Shown here one piece after another: positions 56,370-64,000 of a DNA stretch of 64,000 nucleotides (within the stretch, counting starts at the first letter, position 1; each line of letters begins with the position of its first letter). Where the stretch lies: NCBI GenBank assembly GCA_036558345.1, contig DATBFV010000125.1:10848-74847 (forward strand), read 5' to 3'. The position numbers and the translations under genes are program-made. Under the pieces are notes generated by a model. It made no database searches. It was not told where the DNA came from and saw only the letters and a program-made list of their open reading frames with translations. Source of the stretch: Gemmatimonadales bacterium. GTDB lineage: Bacteria; Gemmatimonadota; Gemmatimonadetes; Gemmatimonadales; GWC2-71-9.

Positions 56370-57092
56370 CTACCGTGCCTTCGACTGAAGGGCAACCATC
56401 GCCGCCCGCACTTCGTCCCGCAAGCGTTCGCGGTCGCCGGGCTGCAGTCCGGTGGTGGGAATCGGCTCGCCTACGAGCAGCCGAATGGGACGAGAGCGCA
56501 GCCGCCACGCGCCCTTGGGAAGGATCTCAAAGGTGTGATGGACGTAGACGGGCACAATCGGCACCTGCGCGGCAATCGCGAGTCCGAACGGCGCGTTCTT
56601 GAACGGCAACAGCTCGCCGGTGCGACTGCGGGTCCCCTCGGGAAACACCAGGATCGACGAGACACCGGCGCGGATCGTCTGCGCCGCCGCGTCGTAGGCC
56701 TCGAATGCTTTCTTCCGGGCGGCGCGGTCGATGGCAACGTGTCCAGCCGCCCGCATCGCTGACCCGAGCAACGGGATCTTGAACAACTCCTGTTTGGCGA
56801 CGAAGCGGACCGAGCCGGGCAGCGTCGCGAGGATCGCCCAGATGTCGAACATCGACGAGTGGTTCGACGCGTACATGAGCGTGCGGCCCCGCGGAATCTG
56901 CTCGAGGCCCTCGGCCACGACCGGAGTACCGGCGGCCTTCAGCACATCGCGCGCCCAGTCGATGTTCGCCCAGTCGTAGATGCCGCCGACGCGGTTCGGA
57001 ACGCGAAAGATTCCGGCGATGACGGCGCCGAGCGCGTGGACGACAGTTGAGAAGAAGAGAACTACGTAATACCAGAGGGTCCGGACACTCAC
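56370..57092 (-). CDS. plsC: 1-acyl-sn-glycerol-3-phosphate acyltransferase
   Basis: 240 aa. NHSSMFD (HX4D) and FPEGTRS motifs. Confidence 0.88.
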   Translation of the reverse strand: MSVRTLWYYVVLFFSTVVHALGAVIAGIFRVPNRVGGIYDWANIDWARDVLKAAGTPVVAEGLEQIPRGRTLMYASNHSSMFDIWAILATLPGSVRFVAKQELFKIPLLGSAMRAAGHVAIDRAARKKAFEAYDAAAQTIRAGVSSILVFPEGTRSRTGELLPFKNAPFGLAIAAQVPIVPVYVHHTFEILPKGAWRLRSRPIRLLVGEPIPTTGLQPGDRERLRDEVRAAMVALQSKAR

Positions 57093-58048
57093 GCGAAGTG
57101 GTCGTATCCCGCGGGCAATGGAACCGGTTTGCCGTGATCGAGCAGTCGCACGCCACCGCGCCCGGCCGCGCCGCGCAGGCAGGTGCCGATTCTGCTGAGC
57201 TGTAGGCCCGTGTGCGCGCGGAAGGTCGACGCGCTGGCATCACTGAAAGTCGGAGGCATGGTGCAAAGTAGCTCAAACTCCTCGCCGCTGGCGACTGCGG
57301 CCATCGCATCCACGTCTTCCCAGCAGGGGATCTGCTCGAGATTGATCTCGATGCTGACTTCGGAGGCGGCCGCGAGATGCTGGGCATCCGCGGTGAGGCC
57401 GTCGGAGATATCGATCATCGCGCTCGCGCCATGGCTCGCGAGCCAGCGGCCGGCATCGATGCGCGGCTCGGGACACGCGTAGCGATTGCGCAAAGCCGTG
57501 GACATCGGCTTGCCCTCCCGGAATCGTCGCAGCGCGAGGCCGGCGCCACCGAGATGGCCGGTGACCCAGAGCGCATCACCGTCGCGCGCGCCCGAGCGCC
57601 GCACCGGACGCTCCGCGCTACCGAGCACGCAGACATCGACGATGTACTGATCGGCGCGCGTCAGATCTCCACCCAGGACGCGAGCGCCCAGGTTGTTCAC
57701 CATCGTGGCGACGCCCGCCATGATTTCGGCCGCCGGGTCGTGACCGCTCTTACCCGGAGTCGCCGGAACCCCCAACGACACGAGCACGCCGATCGGCTTG
57801 GCGCCTTCCGCGGCGAGATCGGACAGCGCGGAGCCGGCAGCGCGGAAACCGATTTCCTTGAAATCGAGCCAGTCGGTCTTGAAGTGAACGTCTTCGAGCG
57901 AGATGTCGATGCTGACGGCGAGCGTGGTCGAGCCGAGCGGTATGAGCGCGCAGTCGTCGCCGAGCTCAGCCGCGTCACCCGAGATCGCCGCGATCTGGGT
58001 GAGGATGCCGCGTATGCGATCGAATTCCTTGCCCGGCCCGAGTTTCAT
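57089..58048 (-). CDS. thiL: Thiamine-monophosphate kinase
   Basis: Start trimmed to the ATG at 58048 (ATGA overlap with the nnr stop). AIR-synthase-like fold with GDDCALI and DISDGL motifs. Confidence 0.85.
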   Translation of the reverse strand: MKLGPGKEFDRIRGILTQIAAISGDAAELGDDCALIPLGSTTLAVSIDISLEDVHFKTDWLDFKEIGFRAAGSALSDLAAEGAKPIGVLVSLGVPATPGKSGHDPAAEIMAGVATMVNNLGARVLGGDLTRADQYIVDVCVLGSAERPVRRSGARDGDALWVTGHLGGAGLALRRFREGKPMSTALRNRYACPEPRIDAGRWLASHGASAMIDISDGLTADAQHLAAASEVSIEINLEQIPCWEDVDAMAAVASGEEFELLCTMPPTFSDASASTFRAHTGLQLSRIGTCLRGAAGRGGVRLLDHGKPVPLPAGYDHFA

Positions 58049-59586
58049 ACTTCCGGCGCGTCGAGCTCGGTGAGCACGGGAGGCCGCGCCGGTTTCACGT
58101 CTCTCCACGATTTCCACACATCGGGCAGCGCGGCGAGCACGTCGGCCGGACGCAGGCTCCGCGCCGTCCACTGCCGCGCGCCCTGCTCCGCCGCGCGGCC
58201 GAGCGCATGCGCGCCGAGCGCCGCAGCCTCAGCGGCGGCCGTGCCTCGCGCGAGAAATGCGCCGACGAATCCCGCAAGAAGGTCGCCACTGCCCCCCGTC
58301 GCGAGTCCGGGATTGCCGCTCGCGACGACATACTGGGGACCGCGCAAATCGGCGACGACGGTGGGGACGCCTTTCAACAGCACGGTGCACTTGAGCTTTG
58401 CCGCCGCACGCGCCGCGGCCGACCAGCGATCGTTGGCTGCTTCGTCGGCTAACTGATCGCCCGCCAACGCCCTGAACTCCCCGAGATGTGGCGTACAGAC
58501 CAAAGCGCGACTGCCCGCCGCGGGGGACGCGTCGGCACGAAACAGATGCAACGCATCAGCATCGATTACGGTGGGCACTGCACGACGCGAGAGGACTTCA
58601 CGAATGAACTGCTCGCGTGACGTGCGCGGCTCGCGACCGAGGCCGGGACCGAGCACGATCGCGTCGGCCCACTCGAGTCCTTCGGCAACGGCGGGCTCGA
58701 GCGTCTCACCGATTGCGGTCTCGACAGTCAGCACATCCGGCAGGCTCGCTTGCGCCGCCGCGATGGTTTCGCGCGCGGCCACGAGTTTGACGAGTCCCGC
58801 ACCGGCCGCGAGCGCGGCACGGGCGGCGTGCAGCGCGGCGCCCGTCATTCCGTTCGAGCCGCCGACGATGCACACGCGCCCGCGATCGCCCTTGTGCATC
58901 TGCGGCGCGAGTCGCGGCAGCCGTTCGGCCGCCCAGGAATCGGTGACCAGCACCGGCCAACTGGCGTCCGGCGGCGGAAAGCCGATGTCGACGATGACGA
59001 TCTTGCCGCACCACTCGCGCGCCAGCAGATGGCCACGGCGCGGTCCACCGAATGTCACGGTGATGCGCGCATGAAGCGGTCCATGCGCTTCGCCGCTCGT
59101 GAGGTCGAGACCCGTGGGCCCATCGACGGCGAGAATGGGCGCCCCAAACGCGGCGACACGCTCCGCCAGCACCAGCACCTCGCCTTTCGCCGGCCCGACC
59201 GCGCCGGTGCCGAGTAGCGCATCGACGACCAACGCCGCCTGGGGCCACGCCTCTTCGCGACCCAATTCATGCACGCCATCGACCCGCGCGAGCGCGCGAT
59301 TGTCGATCGCGTCGTCAGTCTTGGGATCGACGGACGCCACCCACACCGGCACACCCGCGGCATGCAGCGCACGCGCGATCACCCACCCATCGCCACCGTT
59401 GTTGCCCGCGCCCGCGGTGACCACAACGCCGCCCGTCGTCGCTTCCGGAAACTCGTCGACCAGCACCTGCACGATCGCGCGGCCCGCGGTCTCCATGAGC
59501 ACCCGGCTCGGCACGCGATACTGCGTGCGCGCCGCCGAGTCCCAGGCCGCCGCTTCGGTCGCCGAAAGCACCGGAATCGCGTTCAC
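58045..59586 (-). CDS. nnr: Bifunctional NAD(P)H-hydrate epimerase / ADP-dependent dehydratase (Nnr)
   Basis: Start at the GTG 59586 (GTGA overlap). YjeF_N domain GAGNNGGDG and C-terminal kinase-like GGSGDLLAG. Confidence 0.88.
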   Translation of the reverse strand: MNAIPVLSATEAAAWDSAARTQYRVPSRVLMETAGRAIVQVLVDEFPEATTGGVVVTAGAGNNGGDGWVIARALHAAGVPVWVASVDPKTDDAIDNRALARVDGVHELGREEAWPQAALVVDALLGTGAVGPAKGEVLVLAERVAAFGAPILAVDGPTGLDLTSGEAHGPLHARITVTFGGPRRGHLLAREWCGKIVIVDIGFPPPDASWPVLVTDSWAAERLPRLAPQMHKGDRGRVCIVGGSNGMTGAALHAARAALAAGAGLVKLVAARETIAAAQASLPDVLTVETAIGETLEPAVAEGLEWADAIVLGPGLGREPRTSREQFIREVLSRRAVPTVIDADALHLFRADASPAAGSRALVCTPHLGEFRALAGDQLADEAANDRWSAAARAAAKLKCTVLLKGVPTVVADLRGPQYVVASGNPGLATGGSGDLLAGFVGAFLARGTAAAEAAALGAHALGRAAEQGARQWTARSLRPADVLAALPDVWKSWRDVKPARPPVLTELDAPEV

Positions 59587-60431
59587 GAAATCACCACCCC
59601 CGCATAACCGACCACGCGCGCGTTGTCGCCGGAGATCCACCCGGAGTGGCGATAGTCTACCACCTCGGCGCGCGTCCCGCCCATCCCACGCGTCGCGGCC
59701 AGGATCGTCGCGACCGGCGCGCGCCCGCACATCGAAATCCGCTCGCGCTTGCAACGGGCGAGCAACTCTTCGCCGTCGAGCGCCGTCACCGCTTCCAGCG
59801 CGCGCGCGTCCTTCTGCTCGGAGACCGCGGCCGGCTCGTAATGGTTGAGATCACTCGAGCCAAGGAGTAGCGTCGGCTCACCGACTGCGCCGATGAGTTG
59901 GGCGAGGATCTCTCCCAGACGCCGCGCCGGATCCCAGGCATCCCAGGCAATGACGAGAGGGACGATGCGTACATCGGGCCGCAATACCTGGAGGAATGGC
60001 AGCTCCACTTCAACGGCATGCTCATGCGCATGCGCATCATGGTCCACTGCAACAGTGTTGTCGGAGATGTGTCGCAATGCGGTCGCGGCATCCGCATCGA
60101 CCGGAACGTCGCCGAGCGGAGTTCGGAAGGCCCCCGCTTCCCACAGAGAAATGCCGCTGTCTGCCCTGCAAATCCCCGTGTGATTGGGAGCGAGGATCAC
60201 CACGAGCCCTGGAATGCCGGTGCGGGCAAAAGCCTTGGCCGCGGTCGGGCCTGAGTAGATGTAGCCGGCGTGAGGCACCACAACCGCCCGAGCGTTCCCC
60301 CTCTCCGCTTGCGGAGAGGGGGTCAGGGGGTGAGGACGGCGAGCATCGGCGAGGAGTGTCGCGACTGTCGCCCGCAATTCCGCGGGGTCGTTTGGATAAA
60401 AGCGACCTGCAACCGCGGGCTGTCGGATCAC
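59583..60431 (-). CDS. Memo-like / AmmeMemoRadiSam system protein B
   Basis: 282 aa. AGRFYP, VPHAGYIYSG, APNHTG, EHAVEVELPFL, SSDLNHY. Confidence 0.85.
   Translation of the reverse strand: MIRQPAVAGRFYPNDPAELRATVATLLADARRPHPLTPSPQAERGNARAVVVPHAGYIYSGPTAAKAFARTGIPGLVVILAPNHTGICRADSGISLWEAGAFRTPLGDVPVDADAATALRHISDNTVAVDHDAHAHEHAVEVELPFLQVLRPDVRIVPLVIAWDAWDPARRLGEILAQLIGAVGEPTLLLGSSDLNHYEPAAVSEQKDARALEAVTALDGEELLARCKRERISMCGRAPVATILAATRGMGGTRAEVVDYRHSGWISGDNARVVGYAGVVIS
60297..60322. repeat. Perfect 11-bp GC-rich hairpin inside the Memo-like CDS
   Basis: CCCCCTCTCCG (60297..60307), CTTG loop, CGGAGAGGGGG (60312..60322). It encodes PSPQAERG within the region before the PHAGY motif. Confidence 0.8.
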
Positions 60432-60826
60432 TCCCCGGAGGTGGAAACTCCGGGCCAGCGATAGCCTTGGCCGGGCTTGAAGACCTCGGCGAAGTCGTAC
60501 ACGCGCTCAAAGTCCTCGAGCTTGTCCGTGGGCTGCTGCGCCAGCAAGCCGACGTCGATCAGCCTGAACACGATCTGCCCGAAATCCTCAGTGGACTGAA
60601 CACACCAATGTGAGAGCACCGCGCCGGCGAGCATCCCGAACTGCTCCAGTGCGAAGTCGCGGCACGCCCACGCCAGCTCCATGCCGCTCAAGTGGCGCCG
60701 CTCCGGCAGCCGCGTCTGGGCGAATTCGAGCGCCGCGAGGACGAAGACGTACGCGCGCTCATTGTACTTCCCGTCGCGTCTGCGAATCTCGGCGAGCGCC
60801 GCTTCGAGTGTGGCGACGTCGCTCAT
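60428..60826 (-). CDS. Conserved hypothetical protein (resembles the Minf_1886 family, from memory)
   Basis: 132 aa. RHLSGMELAWACRDFALEQFGMLAGAVLSHWCVQSTEDFGQIVFRLIDVGLL...DFERVYDF. 4-nt overlaps with both neighbours. Confidence 0.5.
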   Translation of the reverse strand: MSDVATLEAALAEIRRRDGKYNERAYVFVLAALEFAQTRLPERRHLSGMELAWACRDFALEQFGMLAGAVLSHWCVQSTEDFGQIVFRLIDVGLLAQQPTDKLEDFERVYDFAEVFKPGQGYRWPGVSTSGE

Positions 60827-63264
60827 CGGCGGACTTCGCCCGGAGGCGGTGGCGGCGGAGTGGTTGGAGGCGCCGACGGTGTCGGCACGACACGGATGCC
60901 CCCGGAACGGCGCTCGCCTCTCCGTTCTTCCGGTGGGACCTCCAACAGGGCTAATTCGAGCACGTCGTCAATCGTTTCCACGAGCTGGATATCGAGCAAC
61001 TTCTGTACCTCTTCCGGCAAGTCAATGAGGTCGTTCTTGTTACGTTCCGGAACCAGCACGCGGGTGACCCCGGCCCGTGCCGCAGCCGTCAGTTTTTCTT
61101 TCAGTCCGCCGATAGGCAGCACCCGGCCCCGCAGGGTCAGCTCGCCGGTCATGGCAACGTCATGGCGTGCGGGTCTGCGACACAATAGTGACGCAAGTGC
61201 CGCGGCAATCGTGATGCCGGCCGACGGCCCGTCCTTGGGCACGGCGCCGGCCGGGACGTGCAGGTGCACGTCCGATTGCGTGAACGCGTCGGGCGGGATG
61301 CCGAGGGCAGCGGCCCGGGCGCGCAACAAGCTCCATGCCGCTTGTGCCGATTCCTTCATTACATCACCCAGCTGCCCGGTGAGGGTGATCTGACCCTTGC
61401 CGGGCATCCGGATCGCCTCGATGAACATGATGTCGCCGCCGACCGGCGTCCAAGCCAGACCGGTGGCCACACCGATCTCCGGCGCGCGCCCCGCGACCTC
61501 GCTTTGGACCTTTGGTTGGCCGGCGTACTTCTCCAGGTTCTTCGAGGAGACCTTGACCGTCTTGGCGCCGGCTTCGACGACTTCCAGGGCCGCTTTCCTC
61601 AGCACGCCCTGAATCTCGCGCTCGAGCTGGCGCACCCCGGCCTCGCGGGTGTATTCGCCGATCAGCCGTTCGACTGCGCCATCGGCGATGTGCGCGCGCT
61701 CGGTCTCCCCGCCGAGCCCCGTTTCCTTCAGCTGGCGCGGCATGAGATAGCGCTTGGCGATCTGCAGCTTTTCCGACGGCGTGTAGCCCACCAGCGTGAG
61801 CTGCTCCATGCGATCGAGCAGCGGATCGGGGATCGGCTGGGTGCTGTTCGCGGTCGCGATGAACATCACTGCCGAGAGGTCGAACGGCACTTCCAGGTAG
61901 TGATCGACGAACGTCGAGTTCTGCGCGGGATCCAGCACCTCGAGTAACGCCGCCGTCGGATCGCCGCGCACATCGGCACCCATCTTGTCCACTTCGTCCA
62001 GCATGAGGACCGGGCTGCGTGTCTCACAGCGTTGCAGGGCGTGGATGATGCGTCCGGGAATCGCCCCGACGTAGGTGCGGCGGTGGCCGCGAATTTCCGC
62101 TTCATCGCGCACGCCGCCGAGCGACACGCGCGTGAACTTGCGGCCCAGCGCCTCGGCGATGCTCTGGCCGAGCGACGTCTTGCCGACGCCGGGCGGCCCG
62201 ACGAAACAGAGGATCGAGCCTCTCGCCTGCGGGTTGAGCGTCCGCACCGCGAGATACTCGAGGATCCGCTCTTTGATCGTCTTGAGATCGTAGTGGTCGC
62301 GGTCGAGAATTTCGCGCGCGGCCTTGAGATCGAGCCGGTCCTGCGTCACGCGACTCCACGGCAACGCAGCGAAGACGTCGAGGTAGGTCCGCGCAACCTG
62401 ATACTCGGCCGATTGCGGCGACATTTGCCGCAACCGCTTCAACTCGCGGTCGGAGACTTTCTTTGCTTCCGGTGAGAGCTGCGCCTCTTCGAGGCGCCGC
62501 GACAGCTCCTCCAACTCGTCGTCGCCTTCGCCTTCGCCCAACTCCTGGCGAATCACTTGCAACTGCTCGCGCAGGACGTACTCACGCTGATTCTGGTCGA
62601 GCCGGTTCTTCACTTTCTCCTGGATCTGCGTGCCGACCTCGAGCACCTGCAGCTCCTGCACCAGGAATTCGCCGAGCCGCTCGAGCCGGTGCGTCACGTC
62701 GTCGATCGCGAGCAGCTCGGCCTTGGCGGGCAGCGCCAGATCGAGGTTCGCGGCGATGAAGTCGGCCAGCTTTCCCGCTTCCGTGATGCCGGCGAGCACC
62801 TCGTGCAGCTCGGAGCCGAGGTACGGAGCGATGTCGATCACCCGCGAGAATTGCGCGATGATCGTCCGCTTCAACGCTTCCGTGCGCGCGTCTTCGAGCG
62901 TGTTCTCCGTCACCGGCGCGAAGTCGGCCATCAGCCACTTCTCGCCCTGCGCGATGTTTTGGAGTCGCGCGCGCTCGAGCCCCTGCACCATGACGCGCAC
63001 CGAGCCGTCGCCGAGCTTGAGCATCCGGACGATCGTGCCGAGCGTGCCAACGTCGTAGAGCTGGTGCGGCAGCGTGTTCATGACCGCGCCCTCGGGCGGC
63101 TCCACACCACCCATCGAGCGCACGACGCCGAGCAGCACGCGCTTCTCGCCCTGGATGATCTCGTCGATCAACTGAACGGCTTTGGGATCTGTGAGGGCCA
63201 ACGGTAAAACGACGTGGGGATAAACGACGAGCTGGCCCAAGGGAAGGACCGGCAGGCGTTCCAT
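60823..63264 (-). CDS. lon: ATP-dependent Lon protease (LonA)
   Basis: 813 aa. LON N-domain, GPPGVGKTS, protease active site PKDGPSAGI. Confidence 0.96.
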   Translation of the reverse strand: MERLPVLPLGQLVVYPHVVLPLALTDPKAVQLIDEIIQGEKRVLLGVVRSMGGVEPPEGAVMNTLPHQLYDVGTLGTIVRMLKLGDGSVRVMVQGLERARLQNIAQGEKWLMADFAPVTENTLEDARTEALKRTIIAQFSRVIDIAPYLGSELHEVLAGITEAGKLADFIAANLDLALPAKAELLAIDDVTHRLERLGEFLVQELQVLEVGTQIQEKVKNRLDQNQREYVLREQLQVIRQELGEGEGDDELEELSRRLEEAQLSPEAKKVSDRELKRLRQMSPQSAEYQVARTYLDVFAALPWSRVTQDRLDLKAAREILDRDHYDLKTIKERILEYLAVRTLNPQARGSILCFVGPPGVGKTSLGQSIAEALGRKFTRVSLGGVRDEAEIRGHRRTYVGAIPGRIIHALQRCETRSPVLMLDEVDKMGADVRGDPTAALLEVLDPAQNSTFVDHYLEVPFDLSAVMFIATANSTQPIPDPLLDRMEQLTLVGYTPSEKLQIAKRYLMPRQLKETGLGGETERAHIADGAVERLIGEYTREAGVRQLEREIQGVLRKAALEVVEAGAKTVKVSSKNLEKYAGQPKVQSEVAGRAPEIGVATGLAWTPVGGDIMFIEAIRMPGKGQITLTGQLGDVMKESAQAAWSLLRARAAALGIPPDAFTQSDVHLHVPAGAVPKDGPSAGITIAAALASLLCRRPARHDVAMTGELTLRGRVLPIGGLKEKLTAAARAGVTRVLVPERNKNDLIDLPEEVQKLLDIQLVETIDDVLELALLEVPPEERRGERRSGGIRVVPTPSAPPTTPPPPPPGEVRR

Positions 63265-63776
63265 TAGGTCACCCGCACGGATTGCGCCCCCGACGCCCGC
63301 GGCGGCTGTTTCGCGAGCCGGATCTCGAGGAAACCGTGCTCGTACGTGGCGCGGATGGATGCCGGATCGACCACGACGGGCAGCCGGAACCGGCGCTCGA
63401 ACGGTCCGATCTGCACTTCCATCGCGTGGTAGTGGCGCTTGCCGCTGCCCGGCTGCCGGGTGGTGCGCTCACCGGAGATCTTCAGGATTCCTTCGTCCAG
63501 CTCGACGTGGAAATCCTCGGCCCGCATCCCGGCGATATCCATGTGCACGATGAGCTCCTCGTCGGTCTCGTAGACGTCCGTGCGAGGCTTCCACTTGGGC
63601 GAGGCGACGAATCCGACCGGCCTGCCGTGGGCGACCTCATTGAAGTAGACGTCGAGCTCATCGGCGAGATGCACAGTCAGCGATCCCGAACCACGAGACG
63701 GACGGCCGGGAGGCGAGGGAGGAGCGAAGTCCGAGTCAGCCATGAAGGGACTAAGATAATGCCCGGAAGGCCCCAT
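63264..63776 (-). CDS. Hsp20/alpha-crystallin small heat-shock protein
   Basis: PRTDVYETDEELIVHMDIAGM...GFLEIRLAK alpha-crystallin domain. An alternative start is the ATG at 63743. Confidence 0.85.
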   Translation of the reverse strand: MGPSGHYLSPFMADSDFAPPSPPGRPSRGSGSLTVHLADELDVYFNEVAHGRPVGFVASPKWKPRTDVYETDEELIVHMDIAGMRAEDFHVELDEGILKISGERTTRQPGSGKRHYHAMEVQIGPFERRFRLPVVVDPASIRATYEHGFLEIRLAKQPPRASGAQSVRVT

Positions 63777-63798
63777 GGTGGGGCTTAGATCACGGCAT

Positions 63799-64000
63799 CT
63801 ACCTCACGTACTTTGTCCAGATCAGAACGACACCGCACCCGGTGGACACCTCCTGGTACTGCAAGGGCACGCTCGCGGGCCGGGGGTACACCTCGACGCC
63901 CACAAGGTCCTTGGGCCTCATGGTCTGAACCTGCTCCCAATCGCCGGGGGCACCGTCGATGTACAACCCGGGGACACACCACCCATTGCCCCCCGCACTC
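63799..64000 (-). CDS. C-terminal end of a protein with a TonB-dependent-receptor plug-like domain (N-terminus outside the window)
   Basis: Not in the track. My translation of the minus frame ending at the TAG 63801..63799 reads ...GLYIDGAPGDWEQVQTMRPKDLVGVEVYPRPASVPLQYQEVSTGCGVVLIWTKYVR*, matching the plug-domain C-terminal pattern (..iesIEVl.g.sa..YG...nGVI.I.TK). The listed ORF 63785..63982 is in another frame and is Arg-rich. Confidence 0.5.
   Translation of the reverse strand, partial: SAGGNGWCVPGLYIDGAPGDWEQVQTMRPKDLVGVEVYPRPASVPLQYQEVSTGCGVVLIWTKYVR

Noticed and set aside
63785-63982. 65-aa track ORF at the window end
   Set aside because: The translation is Arg-rich and nonsensical. 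A different minus frame gives a convincing TonB-plug-like C-terminus ending at 63799.

Overview
Visibly GC-rich bacterial chromosome segment from a diderm organism (outer-membrane barrel, TonB-plug-like C-terminus, HlyD/MacB-type efflux). The lineage cannot be determined from this window; Gemmatimonadota-like is only a guess. I call 61 CDS and 3 tRNAs, and 63 of these 64 genes are on the minus strand. They sit in a few very long co-directional chains with many 1-4 nt start/stop overlaps. No CRISPR array, rRNA or mobile element was seen. In minus-strand reading order the content is: (i) hsp20-lon-Minf_1886-like-Memo-like-nnr-thiL-plsC-eno-ftsB-lipoprotein; (ii) tRNA-Met and a small OMP; (iii) the only plus-strand gene, a flavin reductase, divergent from tilS; (iv) tilS-hpt-ftsH, a MacAB-like efflux set, folP-cdaA, DUF2723, then yggS-divIVA-punA-ileS-dksA/traR-lspA-rluD. 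(v) This runs without a break into an ~18-kb, 19-gene block holding a complete Che core: CheA, CheY, three CheW, CheC, CheD, CheR and CheB. The same block holds an MglA-type Ras-like GTPase, MglB, two further Roadblock/LC7 proteins, two DUF4388(PATAN)-TPR paralogues, a 923-aa TPR protein, and a tandem DnaA-domain-III AAA+ protein with no DNA-binding domain. No methyl-accepting chemotaxis protein is present in the window. (vi) tRNA-Val, a secreted Cys-rich TPR-like protein, and tRNA-Asp with a strong intrinsic terminator. (vii) A dcw cluster, rsmH to murC, that lacks mraZ. The main candidate for a new system is the fused Che/MglAB/PATAN/TPR/DnaA-like operon. Most large plus-strand ORFs in the track are antisense artefacts of high GC. 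The ORF track writes alternative start codons (GTG/TTG) as M, and several minus-strand ORFs carry spurious Arg-rich N-terminal extensions, which I trimmed to start codons overlapping the upstream stop.
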